Shown here piece by piece: positions 10,501 through 18,433 of a stretch of DNA of 60,348 bases. This DNA is from Candidatus Goldiibacteriota bacterium (GTDB lineage Bacteria; Oederibacteriota; JAAXVQ01), in contig JAGVPM010000119.1 of the NCBI GenBank assembly GCA_020052235.1, positions 1-60,348 on the forward strand, written 5' to 3'. The notes under the pieces were generated by a model. That model made no database searches. It was not told the DNA's origin and worked only from the letters and a program-made list of their open reading frames with translations. The translations under genes were made by a program, and so were the position numbers. How positions within the stretch are numbered: the stretch's first letter is position 1; every line of letters begins with the position of its first letter.

Positions 10501-10515
10501 TCGGAATAAACTCAT
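4579..10515 (-). CDS. Giant membrane-anchored multidomain protein (1,978 aa), paralogue of the 5,660-aa ORF
   Basis: Uninterrupted 5.9-kb ORF with RBS gagggggg 6 nt before the ATG. It has an N-terminal signal-anchor, a shared ~380-aa module, HEAT-like repeats, a CPBP-like membrane module and a C-terminal HELEH zincin motif. Confidence 0.9.
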   Translation of the reverse strand: MSLFRDFFSIGQWAKPKYKLIRSLLAWLICIAMLLPHLAWAFQAPGDKSAEFIEIPKAYGRVLEQWQGTGPCVIHIQDLHCNYEVQKNIANLLDYLAEKHGLQWVAIEGADKPVNVTKLSTFPIPVVRERVGEYFIRQGKISGAEYYAATGKRKVNLLGIENPEHYRAARQMVLAFLTDECEGYVADLRERLNEAKKNLFNPRLLKLDQQKQAFHSGTMSLYKYLRYLENFARENAVALDRFPNVRGYLENASAVIPESVDSDRLYAEAELLDKEVRRPLYARDEDRLLDEIGHRVDIMEKMLNVAASPAEIKVYQNNPDAFQIKHIAEFLQTYDAQDGQTLETEIFQLDEYLQKAAAFYVNADIRSGDFAEAALRQIKTQRAQVFVLITGGFHSPKILEQLRMRGVSYLEVKPNVTHQDLLNPYFSLLKKRRTPLEKLLAQTQKTVALEPFFALSEQTTRILNEQTELTADVRTAYAWLELTLKLDALHYLQQQGVKGLEALLAQFEALLARYEANTQTVKPDLAHSVATPLGWAVPMKNAPFFAVLHAAPVNASELEGVLYSADLNDVRIAYFQQASWERTIQTLTAQGQVGISQDWLRLQLVQAALPAGVLLVPGAGWMMGATSGRILQPGTWFASKPTTMPVLPTASKPNLSDAVLHVLPLEEQRRIDAGVRFISQVIQLGGLDASGIEQVKRQLRDDPGALELEGLSGPVVLAWVNRMQRLGARLDTLNETWAEEALNFLSRNHPAFVDQKVTSQLTGRLIFEAQRRQVPMSGGTKSLVELVDAFTLEMTANLEFHLQISRYVAALEEMGMAAEQPMAAPILMDRLAILAEDTENSERAGKAKRLLEMFVDRLFESNAMQQLFMFNRSLLDGFLSHEVSGRNDVGVVYLLYGSGWMYSQALQILDSSGRNTQAVKGLYITPDMAQDPAALKSFLQQAGLDQFKELVVVDIGSESSTLQVVADTLRQLPNAPKKIHGRLFAHSAAPVVYSGIDILGYDGVLAAMGVLKGSAQSREARAIALVARLVGTVFPQIYQSPARLQAQTKPGELEPDFITPELPVFSRLVRDRWIAGTRYYVKQNWDLSAWDHPGWQIWFSSVALARSMRQQEANARIRQAEQQAQVALRPEYQTLLAPAAEPGLDKSTHAYWRTHEPENFMQLAQYWKGMGHITIDYALRLMQNNEPTFMEYVEAMDSFLPVRRVFMQLALSGQYKKLTSLYTEMQQGLYYVPESGNPGAVLRRIYTLQHQAETIIRQEAPEVKLDGSFQAALPASRLLRLPGVSGLAARLARISFLGIPLVEEFGIGTRVKNISSANQGKLRGVWEAFRQGRTLPVITGLLVALPGIFFSLDLRLLVPLAIVLAGLINFRYQKQFVLAHGAGQTIGQLVIRSLVTGLFNVLSIGAAVTVLAGLLPNAGAITLLTAPLVALLAGLTRSTLVHALWNAAGAPVVAFTVRWTQILVLRKHGTATADQFRMAIKPVSPAPNIGPESPKLKQEYKGKEKQPEEQLAEKQRAYQPSPEMQLLERLLNRESRTAALAEFKQSTLEKELIFNALANMLRVPNANREAAFEAIKALGTIAAVDTIRDALLPLRAAPETDLKAMADETLLAVFGEVALTTTYQPQTTGRVNPYTHKKSMFTPGVVLVAAGMVMDVLISLSGWNMQMGWGTGLSLLLAPYFALRVLDLRSLYGRPAKAYDYEDFRQDVRKVQGLVDVPADWKSWLEGLTQNVPASLENRLNFIRPSFWRLLWLGGSSAYVRGRELYFHENINALPEIRRLAIVAHELEHLQQPEQRTWLQRLYDEGRALQSEVKVRFLSTPALLRIGEFATDLELRLAEEAARQPKAEFEFNRSLESQLQERSTQTQRQSKGDSWATQLQLAVSQAATEADKLAQLMSFSQSAGQMAAGQVVRIKIQYQGALLIGGQLQTLILPAGVLRRGHERGIVLDVLNQLQFRVAPAQQQLVPGIFHRGIDDAA
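5116..5268 (-). other. Zincin-like HExxH segment resembling the DUF4157 motif (aa ~1750-1800)
   Basis: SSAYVRGRELYFHENINALPEIRRLAIVAHELEHLQQ. The HELEH codons are at 5149-5163, checked against the DNA. Confidence 0.5.
6136..6648 (-). other. Multi-pass membrane module with a CPBP/Abi-like HxxxN motif (aa ~1290-1460)
   Basis: PLVEEFG, FVLAHGAGQTIGQLVI and STLVHALWN. Homologous to two to three modules in the 5,660-aa protein (IHTLWN). Confidence 0.45.
9151..10308 (-). other. Shared N-terminal module of the giant proteins (aa ~70-455); possibly Tiki/TraB/ChaN-like
   Basis: IQDLHCNYEVQ, IEG, GAEYYAATGK, ITGGFH and NPYFSLLKKRRTPLEKLLAQ align colinearly with aa ~90-470 of the 5,660-aa protein. The family assignment is from motif memory only. 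Confidence 0.4.
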
Positions 10516-10885
10516 AAACTACCCCCCTCGAGTTCTTATTAAAAAAATCCCCCCCTGCAATCAAACCGCATTTGTAATTATTTCACTCAGTCAAACCAAA
10601 GTGCTTCATTTCAAAACGCGCGTTAAAAAACATCTGTATTAAAACATTTTTTCGGAAGGAAACAAACTTCAGCCATTTCATTCTACCTATTTATCTTATA
10701 TTAAACAACCCCATTTTCAATTATTTTACTTTGACGCCCACCTACTTGGCTTTCATTCCCAGGATAATAGCATTCCCAACCGTAAAGTTTTATTCCCTCT
10801 TCCCGATCCTATATTGACAGCTCATTAAATTCACCCCGCGCGCCTGTATTAAACGCGGGTAATAACTCAGTAAAGGATTTATCCG

Positions 10886-11395
10886 ATGTTCAAGGAGCTG
10901 CATTCACACATGATGAAAATTTGTGTCAGTCTCTCGGAAATGCGCCTTTCTAAGAAAAACAACGATGTGCTTTTTACATCCGACTTAGGGAGCGATATGG
11001 GAATTTCCATTTTCGACCCAGTCGCCAAGTTGGGCGGCGTATTCCACGGCATGCTGCCCGAAGCCAAAGTGTACCCGGATATGGCAAAAAAGAACCCTTT
11101 TATTTTCGTGGACACCGGCCTGCCCCTGATGCTGGAAGAAGCGTATTCACAAGGAGCCTTTAAGGGCCGCTTAATTGCTTATGTCGCAGGCGGAGCCGAT
11201 CTCATTGAAAAAGGTGCCGGCTTTTTTTCAATCGGCAAGCAAAATATAAAAATAACCTTTGAAATTCTTTCCGCGTACAAAGTAAACGTTTCCCGGCAAG
11301 CGGTCGGCGGGAATCAAATGCGCAGTTTGTATCTGACCATTGCGGATGGAAAAAGCTGGATTAACCAACAACGCCAGGGGAACGAACCGTGCTAG
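10886..11395 (+). CDS. cheD: CheD-family protein (chemoreceptor glutamine deamidase-like) with an Asp in place of the nucleophilic Cys
   Basis: TSDLGSDMGISIFD..GGVFHGMLP..VAGGADL..IGKQN..VGGN aligns to the CheD pattern TxGLGSC..H.MLP..GGA. The GAT codon at 10994-10996 occupies the Cys position. Confidence 0.75.
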   Translation: MFKELHSHMMKICVSLSEMRLSKKNNDVLFTSDLGSDMGISIFDPVAKLGGVFHGMLPEAKVYPDMAKKNPFIFVDTGLPLMLEEAYSQGAFKGRLIAYVAGGADLIEKGAGFFSIGKQNIKITFEILSAYKVNVSRQAVGGNQMRSLYLTIADGKSWINQQRQGNEPC

Positions 11396-12237
11396 GCCCC
11401 GTGGATTTATCAGAAATCAAAAATTTAAAACCGCTCCCTTTGTCAGTTATTCGTTTGGCGGAATTGGCCGCCAACGGCAATGCGGAAATCGGCGAATTTA
11501 CCCGGGTAATAAAATTCGACCAGGCTGTGACTGCGCAAGTATTGCGCTGGGCCAACTCCGCCTGGAGCCAGTCACAAAACTCCATCACCGATCTGCAGAC
11601 CGCCATTGTCCGTATCGGCATTAATGCTTTGGCCAAATTGGTTATGAGCCACCATTTAAATGACCCATTAAGCAAACCCTGTCCCGGTTATCAACTGCTC
11701 GAAAACGAACTCTGGCAGCACAGCGTGGGCGCGGCTTTGGTGATAGAACATTTGCCTCAATTTTTGAAGATTCCTGTTCCCCCGGCCGCGTTTGCCGCCG
11801 CGCTGATGCACGACTTGGGCAAATTGGTCCTCGGCCGGCATTTAGGACATGAAGAAATGCGCACCCGGCTCACGCATAAAATGTTAAATGAAAACATTCC
11901 CTACATTGCAGCCGAACGTCAAATTTTGGGCACTGATCACGCCGAAGTGGGCGCGGCCATTGCCGAGACCTGGAAATTACCCAAGGTATTGGTTACCGCC
12001 ATTGCCAATCATCATAACCCGGATGCACAGCCTGATACGGTTTCGGATATCGTGCACATTGCCAATGCCATTTCCAAGCTCATCGGCTTGGGCCTGGGCA
12101 TCGAGGGCATGAATATGGAAGTCAGCTCCAAAGCTGCGCAGCGCATCGGATTGGCTTCAGACCAAGTACAAGCACTATGCGCCCTGGTGCGCTTCGATCT
12201 TGAAACCACACAAAATCTTTTCTTGCCTTCCCATTGA
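11389..12237 (+). CDS. HDOD-domain signalling protein
   Basis: LPLSVIRL..FDQAVTAQVLRWANSA..ITDLQTAIVRIG and AALMHDLGKLVL. Non-ATG start in the track, overlapping the cheD stop by 7 nt. Confidence 0.8.
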   Translation: MLGPVDLSEIKNLKPLPLSVIRLAELAANGNAEIGEFTRVIKFDQAVTAQVLRWANSAWSQSQNSITDLQTAIVRIGINALAKLVMSHHLNDPLSKPCPGYQLLENELWQHSVGAALVIEHLPQFLKIPVPPAAFAAALMHDLGKLVLGRHLGHEEMRTRLTHKMLNENIPYIAAERQILGTDHAEVGAAIAETWKLPKVLVTAIANHHNPDAQPDTVSDIVHIANAISKLIGLGLGIEGMNMEVSSKAAQRIGLASDQVQALCALVRFDLETTQNLFLPSH

Positions 12238-12349
12238 TTTTCGCGCTCCACAATGCACCTGCCGTCATTATTTTTTTCACTCGCTGCTTGAAGATGCGCC
12301 GTCCCCCCTTTATAATCCTGTTAGTGTCATTCAAATCAGGAGGGGACCT

Positions 12350-14443
12350 ATGCTGAAGGATTACAGGACTGAAAAGATCCACAATGTCCTTCTGGCCGGT
12401 CACGGCCAGGTAGGCAAAACCACCTTAAACGAGTCTCTGCTGGCCGCCGCCGGCGCCATTTCCGAGCCCGGCCAAGTGGAGCGCGGTACTACGGTTTCGG
12501 ATTTTGACGAAGAAGAAATTTTCCGCAAAATGTCCCTGCATACCTCATTGTCTTTTGTGGAATACCAAGAACATAAAATTAATTTCCTCGACGCTCCCGG
12601 ATCCCCTGATTTTATCGGAGATGTTTTAGCCGCATTACATGTGGTGGACTCGGCCTTGGTCTTAGTGGACGCCGAGGCTGGTCCCGAAATCGAATCCATC
12701 AAACACTCCCGGCACGCCCACGACTTCGGAGTGCCGCGCGCTGTGTTCATCAATAAAATGGACAAAGAACGCGCCAACTTTGATGCTGCCGTGGAAGCTT
12801 GCACCCAAAAATTTCACAAACCCAAACTTCCCATTTGGCTGCCGATCGGGTCCGGCGCGGATTTTAAAGGCGTGGTGGATCTGCTTAAAATGAAAGCCTT
12901 GTTGTTCCCGGCCGGAGCTAAAACACCGACCGTTACGGAAATCCCGGCGGATATGCAAGCCGCGGCCCAAGCCGCCCGCGACGCGCTGATTGAAGCCGCG
13001 GCCGAAGGCGACGACCAGTTAACCGAAGAATTCCTGGAAGGCAAACCCCTCACCACGGAAGAAATCGACCGGGGCTTGAATGAAGATATGATGGCCGGAA
13101 AATTCATACCGGTTTTGTGCGGTTGCGGCAACCGCGTTTCCTGCGCCGTGGCTTTGCTGGATTTCATCATTGAAGTCATGCCGAATGCCGGTGAAAAATC
13201 CGCGGCCCAAGGATTCGAAGTCGGCTCGCCGGATAAGCCCTTAACCCGCGAACCCAAAGCCGAGGCCCCTTTCTCGGCATACATTTTCAAAACCATGATT
13301 GATCAGTACTCGGGCAAATTCACGCTCTTCCGCATCCAATCCGGTTCCGTGACTTCGGAAACCGATGTTTTCAATACCAACTTGAACCGGCGCGAACGGC
13401 TCTCACATCTCTATGCCCTGCAAGGCAAAAAGACCATCGAAGTCCCCCGCGGAGTCGCCGGGGATATTTTAGCCGTAACCAAATTGGACACGGTCCACAC
13501 CGGGCAAACATTTGCCGACCCCAATGCTTTGATCGAATATCCGGCCTTGCGGCTGCCGCAGGCGGTCTATTCCATTGCCATAGCCCCGGTAAAAAAAGCC
13601 GACGAAGGAAAAATGGCCACGGTTTTAGGAAAATTATGCGAGGAAGATCCAACGCTTATTTTCCGGTTCGAACCCGAAACGCATCAATCCCTGCTTTCGG
13701 CCATGGGTGATCTGCAACTGGAAATTGCCCTGACCAAATTGAAAAAGAAATTTAATGTCGACGTGGAACGCGGCTTACCCCGCGTGCTTTACAAAGAAAC
13801 CATTCAAAAAGGCGCGAATGGGCATCACAAGCACAAGAAACAAACCGGCGGACACGGGCAATACGGCGATGTGTACCTGGACATCGAGCCTGTTGCCCGG
13901 GGCGAAGGCTACCGTTTTGAAGATCACATTGTCGGAGGCGTCATACCCAAAGGCTATCTCCCGGGCATAGAAAAGGGCGTAAAGCAAGCCCTGGAGCGCG
14001 GCGTGCTGGCAGGATATCCGGTGATTGACGTCCTGGTCAAAGTGGTGGACGGTTCCTATCACGACGTGGATTCCTCGGAAATGTCCTTTAAAATCGCCGG
14101 ACGCACGGCGTTTAAAGATGCCATGGCCAAAGCCTCGCCCATTCTCTTGGAACCGGTCATGGAAGTTTCCATTTATGCCGATGACACCCACATGGGCGGC
14201 ATTACCAGTGATTTGAACTCACGGCGCGGACGCATTTTATCCATGGGCACGGGTGAAATCAAAGCCAATGTCCCGCAAGCGGAATTGTTGAATTATTCCA
14301 AGGATTTAAAAGCCATCACTTCGGGAACCGCTGCTTTTGAAATGGCATTTTCGCATTATCAACCCATCAGCGGTCGCATTGCCGAGAACGTGATCAAGGA
14401 AGCGGCCGTGCTGCACGGGGACCGCAAGGAAGAGGAAGATTAA
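12350..14443 (+). CDS. Elongation factor G-like GTPase paralogue (697 aa)
   Basis: AGHGQVGKTT (G1), DAPGSPDF (G3, Ser where translational GTPases have His), NKMD (G4), and EF-G domains II-V are recognisable. ATG at 12350 follows aggagggg. The track extension back to 12200 is unlikely to be translated. Confidence 0.85.
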   Translation: MLKDYRTEKIHNVLLAGHGQVGKTTLNESLLAAAGAISEPGQVERGTTVSDFDEEEIFRKMSLHTSLSFVEYQEHKINFLDAPGSPDFIGDVLAALHVVDSALVLVDAEAGPEIESIKHSRHAHDFGVPRAVFINKMDKERANFDAAVEACTQKFHKPKLPIWLPIGSGADFKGVVDLLKMKALLFPAGAKTPTVTEIPADMQAAAQAARDALIEAAAEGDDQLTEEFLEGKPLTTEEIDRGLNEDMMAGKFIPVLCGCGNRVSCAVALLDFIIEVMPNAGEKSAAQGFEVGSPDKPLTREPKAEAPFSAYIFKTMIDQYSGKFTLFRIQSGSVTSETDVFNTNLNRRERLSHLYALQGKKTIEVPRGVAGDILAVTKLDTVHTGQTFADPNALIEYPALRLPQAVYSIAIAPVKKADEGKMATVLGKLCEEDPTLIFRFEPETHQSLLSAMGDLQLEIALTKLKKKFNVDVERGLPRVLYKETIQKGANGHHKHKKQTGGHGQYGDVYLDIEPVARGEGYRFEDHIVGGVIPKGYLPGIEKGVKQALERGVLAGYPVIDVLVKVVDGSYHDVDSSEMSFKIAGRTAFKDAMAKASPILLEPVMEVSIYADDTHMGGITSDLNSRRGRILSMGTGEIKANVPQAELLNYSKDLKAITSGTAAFEMAFSHYQPISGRIAENVIKEAAVLHGDRKEEED

Positions 14444-14499
14444 CCGCAGAGGCGCAGAGGTCGGGGGTTCTCTGCGACCTCTGCGCCTCCGCGGTGAAA
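14444..14499. repeat. CCGCAGAG-type inverted-repeat element (short-loop copy); likely also terminates the EF-G-like gene
   Basis: ccgcagaggcgcagaggtcg pairs with cgacctctgcgcctccgcgg (one mismatch) across an 11-nt loop, followed by tgaaa. A second copy is at 53162-53254. Confidence 0.7.
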
Positions 14500-14523
14500 G
14501 CCTTGCTTAATACCGAAATCGCC

Positions 14524-15945
14524 TCACGATTTTAAAAACGCCGCATAACACCGGAACGCGGAATAGAGGTCAATTTTGCTCGACAGCTCCTGGGGCGAGT
14601 GCATGGATAACAGGGGCGGGCCTGCATCAATGGCATCCATTCCATACCGGGAAAAAAACTTGGCGATGGTCCCTCCGCCGCCCAGGTCCAGGCGCCCCAG
14701 CTCTCCGGTTTGCCAAGGTATTTTTTCCTCCTCCAACAAATGCACCAACCAGGACATAAATTCACCGGAAGCTTCGTTGGTGTCATACTTGCCGCCACCG
14801 CCGCCGTATTTTTCCACCGACACCCCGCCGCCCAAAACCGAAGAATTGCGGGCATCGCTGATGTCCTTAAAATTCGGATTCAACGCTTCCGTAACATCCG
14901 CGCTGATGGCCGCCGCTTTTTCCAAAACTTCTCCGGCCGTCAAGGACGCTCCCATTTTCCGCAAAACTTCGGCTGTAAAATTTTCCAGCAATCGCCCTTG
15001 TGCGCCCGTATCGCCGTCTGAGCCAATCTCTTCTTTGTCCACAAACAGCGCCATAGCCACACCCTGGGGGCGCTCCGTGGCCACAATGGCTTCCAGGGCC
15101 GCAAAAACGCAAGAACGGTCATCCTGGCCGTATCCCGCGACTAATGCGCGGTCAAAACCGACATCCACGGGTTTCCCCGCCGGGACAAACGATATATCGG
15201 CCGAGAGTAAATCGCGCTCCACCAAACCGTATTCGCGATGCAAATAGTCCAAAACCGCGGCTTTAACTTTTTCGGTTTCCGCTCCTTGAGCTATGGGCCG
15301 ATTGGCCAAAAGCACGCGCAGATTTTCGCCTTCCACTGCCTTGCGCGCGGTTTTATCCATTTGATCGCGCGCCAAATGCGGCGGCATATCCGGAATCATA
15401 AATTGGGGTTCTCCGGCTTTTTCACCTATGACAAATTGCTTGACTCCCTGGCGGGTATGCACCACCGCATGCATGCTCAACGGCACATTGACCCACTGAT
15501 ATTTTTTTATCCCGCCGTAATAATGCGTCTGAAACAGAGCCAGCGCGCTATCCTCGAACAAAGGATTGGGCTTTAAATCCAAGCGCGGGCTGTCCACATG
15601 CGCCCCAACCAAACGCCAAGAACGCTGCGCCTGGCCGATCACCGCGGCCACCAAAGCACGCCCCTTGATATTTTTATAAACCCGCTGCCCGGTTTTCAAT
15701 CCGGCATGCTCGTCCAAGGATTTAAATCCCTGATGACGGAGTTCCTTTTCTATCCAGAGCACGCACTCGCGTTCGGTCTTGGCTTGGCTTAAAAACCGTT
15801 TGTACCTTTCCCCGTATTCCATGAGCGCGGCTTCATCTGTTTTTTTTAATCGTTCCCAAGCTGACGCTGGTTTAAACGCCAGCCCTTTCATTTTATTGCC
15901 CGTTTTTTTATTTTTAGATTTATTTTTTTTTAACATAAAACCCAT
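14524..15945 (-). CDS. M18-family aminopeptidase
   Basis: GAHVDSPRLDLKPNP, YYGGIKKYQW, DKEEIGSDG and SMHSP are typical of M18 (aspartyl) aminopeptidases. The start may be the internal MKGLAF. Confidence 0.85.
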   Translation of the reverse strand: MGFMLKKNKSKNKKTGNKMKGLAFKPASAWERLKKTDEAALMEYGERYKRFLSQAKTERECVLWIEKELRHQGFKSLDEHAGLKTGQRVYKNIKGRALVAAVIGQAQRSWRLVGAHVDSPRLDLKPNPLFEDSALALFQTHYYGGIKKYQWVNVPLSMHAVVHTRQGVKQFVIGEKAGEPQFMIPDMPPHLARDQMDKTARKAVEGENLRVLLANRPIAQGAETEKVKAAVLDYLHREYGLVERDLLSADISFVPAGKPVDVGFDRALVAGYGQDDRSCVFAALEAIVATERPQGVAMALFVDKEEIGSDGDTGAQGRLLENFTAEVLRKMGASLTAGEVLEKAAAISADVTEALNPNFKDISDARNSSVLGGGVSVEKYGGGGGKYDTNEASGEFMSWLVHLLEEEKIPWQTGELGRLDLGGGGTIAKFFSRYGMDAIDAGPPLLSMHSPQELSSKIDLYSAFRCYAAFLKS

Positions 15946-16083
15946 GCCTCCTAAACAACATTAACCCCCGGCACCTAACGGAATCCAACCGCCCAGCGTA
16001 CCAGGAATTAAAACCGTTATTTTACTTTATTTCAGGAATTTTATAATGACGTTCCTATACCCTGCGGTTTGCCGCAGGGAGCT

Positions 16084-17169
16084 TCATTTTTCTTTTTTAG
16101 GTTCGCTTTTACTGCCGCGGGCGCAATTGCGTCCGGCCTTTTTGGCACGATACAAGGCTTGATCACTGGCTTCAATCAACTCTTCGGCGGAATTACCATC
16201 CGTGGGAAAGGTGGCCACCCCAATGGACGCGGTAATTAAAGGGTGCTGATTGGATTCCCGCTTCCCGCCTAAATTCCGGTTTTCAATGGTTTTGACCAGG
16301 CGTTTGGCGTACAACAGGGCTTCGGCGGCATTGGTTTCGGGCAGGATAATGGTAAATTCATCCCCGCCGTACCGGGCTACCGTATCGGACTCGCGTTTGT
16401 TTTCCATAAACAGGGCCGATACCGCTTGGAGCAGCCGATCCCCTTGCCGGTGCCCCATCCGGTCGTTATAAGTTTTAAAACCATCCAAATCCAAGAGCAG
16501 CAAGCTTACAACGCGGTTATAGCGGCGGGTGCGGGCCAATTCATGCCGAAGTTGTTCCTGGAAAAAACGGTGATTGTATAAACCGGTTAAGCCGTCTTCA
16601 TTGACAAACAACAACAGGCAATTCAAATCTTTTTCCGGCAGCATGCGTAAATCACGCGCATACCCTTTATAATTGTCAAAAAAATCCAACACCGCCACGC
16701 GCACCCCGACATTGCGCCCTAATTTCTCGGACAGTAAATATTTATGGGTTAAAATCTCTTTCCAAAGAGTTTGCGCTTCGGCCGCAGCTACATATTTATG
16801 CGTCAAAGCCATCAGCAAATCCGCATAAATTTCTTCACCGCGGTTTGCGCGCAAGCGTTCCAAATGATCCCATAAATTGCGCGGAACGCGTTCTACATCA
16901 CCGGCAAAATAGTCCAATACCTCTATATCTTTGGAGAGCCATCCTGAAACGCTCTCATTGCCTTGTAATAGGATATGAATATCCATACATTCTTTGTCGT
17001 CTAGTGAGACATGGCGTTGTTGAGCGCGCAGGCTCTCAGGTAATTCCATGACCAAACTCCTCGGGAAATAGCGGTCCGTTTCTATTGTCAACCCGCCAAG
17101 GTTTTCTGTCAAGACGGAACACCCAAACCGCAATCCCGCCACATTGACGGTTGTTGCGGCATTACGCAC
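16084..17169 (-). CDS. Diguanylate cyclase (GGDEF) with an uncharacterised N-terminal sensor region
   Basis: DGLTGLYNHRFF, LLLDLDGFKTYNDRMGHRQGD and RYGGDEFTIIL. Confidence 0.9.
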   Translation of the reverse strand: MRNAATTVNVAGLRFGCSVLTENLGGLTIETDRYFPRSLVMELPESLRAQQRHVSLDDKECMDIHILLQGNESVSGWLSKDIEVLDYFAGDVERVPRNLWDHLERLRANRGEEIYADLLMALTHKYVAAAEAQTLWKEILTHKYLLSEKLGRNVGVRVAVLDFFDNYKGYARDLRMLPEKDLNCLLLFVNEDGLTGLYNHRFFQEQLRHELARTRRYNRVVSLLLLDLDGFKTYNDRMGHRQGDRLLQAVSALFMENKRESDTVARYGGDEFTIILPETNAAEALLYAKRLVKTIENRNLGGKRESNQHPLITASIGVATFPTDGNSAEELIEASDQALYRAKKAGRNCARGSKSEPKKEK

Positions 17170-17185
17170 ACTCTAAAATGCGGAG

Positions 17186-18394
17186 CTAAGGAATAACGTT
17201 TTTCGAATTTTCCGTTATTTTTTGCGCTAAAACTTTACCTAAATCGCGGGCCGCTTCCAGATCCTCGGGACGTGCTTTGAATTTAACCCGCAAACCCGGC
17301 ATGGCTATCTTCAGTTTTAATGATTTCAACCGGTCTTCCAACATGGGTACGGCTTCTCCGCTCCAGCCGTAGGATCCGAACGCCACCGCCCATTTGCCTT
17401 TGAGTTTCACGGTTGCCAAGGAAGACAACAAATCCCATACTGGTTTCACCGCGTCGCCGTTAATGGTACAAGAGCCAATGGCGAAGCCTTCGGCCGCTTC
17501 CACCACCGGCACCAAAGTATTAATTTCCGTGCCTTCCAGGTCAAATAACGCCGAATGAACCCCCATGCTTTGAATACCCTCAGCCACGGCCTGCGCCAAT
17601 TGACCTGTCATGCCATAGGCCGAGACATAAAAAACCGGCAAACTTTTTTCAGCAACAACCGGTGTCGCCCAGGCCCGGTATTTCGCCAAATATCCGGCAA
17701 TATCATGCCTTAATACCGGGCCATGGCTCGTGGCCACAAAATGCAGCGGTTTATCGGCAATCGCGTCCAAACCCTTCAACACATATTCTTTAAACGGCCC
17801 CATGATGGTATGAAAATAGTGCTCGAACGCAAAAGAAAAATCACCGGCCAAATCGGAAAAAACATCTTCATGACTGTAATGACAACCCAAAAAATCGCAG
17901 GAAAAAAGGCCCGCATCCTCGGGTATATAGGTGAACATTGTGTCGGGCCAATGCAGAAATGGCGCCGTGATGAATTCCAATGTTTTCCCGCCCAAATCCA
18001 AGCGGTCTCCGGTGCCGACCGCCATGGGCTGCAAATCGCGGTTGGTTAATTCTTTGATAAAGCCGGCACCGTTTTTTGAGACCACCAATTTTGCTTTGGG
18101 CATGCGTTCCAGGGTTTCCAAAACCGAACCCGAATGATCCGGCTCCAGGTGATTGCAAATCAAATAATCAATCTCCGCCATGGGCATGAGGGACTCAATG
18201 GTTTTAAAAAACTCATCTTTGAACCGGTGTTTCACGGTCTCAATCAAGGCGGTTTTTTCCCGGCCCCGGACTAAATAGGCGTTGTACGAGGTGCCGTTTT
18301 CGGTTTTCATAATGATATCAAAGACACGCAAATCCGGATTTAGAACTCCAACCCAATGTATACCGGGTACAATTTCAACGGGTGCATGTTGCAT
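17186..18394 (-). CDS. Flavodiiron protein (metallo-beta-lactamase-like plus flavodoxin-like domains)
   Basis: CNHLEPDHSGS di-iron motif and a C-terminal flavodoxin-like SAYGMTG..FGSYGWSGEA. Confidence 0.9.
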   Translation of the reverse strand: MQHAPVEIVPGIHWVGVLNPDLRVFDIIMKTENGTSYNAYLVRGREKTALIETVKHRFKDEFFKTIESLMPMAEIDYLICNHLEPDHSGSVLETLERMPKAKLVVSKNGAGFIKELTNRDLQPMAVGTGDRLDLGGKTLEFITAPFLHWPDTMFTYIPEDAGLFSCDFLGCHYSHEDVFSDLAGDFSFAFEHYFHTIMGPFKEYVLKGLDAIADKPLHFVATSHGPVLRHDIAGYLAKYRAWATPVVAEKSLPVFYVSAYGMTGQLAQAVAEGIQSMGVHSALFDLEGTEINTLVPVVEAAEGFAIGSCTINGDAVKPVWDLLSSLATVKLKGKWAVAFGSYGWSGEAVPMLEDRLKSLKLKIAMPGLRVKFKARPEDLEAARDLGKVLAQKITENSKNVIP

Positions 18395-18433
18395 GATTAG
18401 TCTCCTTGAATCTGTCCTTTAATTTTATTGAAA

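Noticed and set aside
12200-12349. N-terminal 50-aa extension of the EF-G-like ORF.
   Set aside because: It has no similarity to EF-G N-termini. A strong RBS (aggagggg) lies directly before the ATG at 12350, and the extension overlaps the HDOD gene end.
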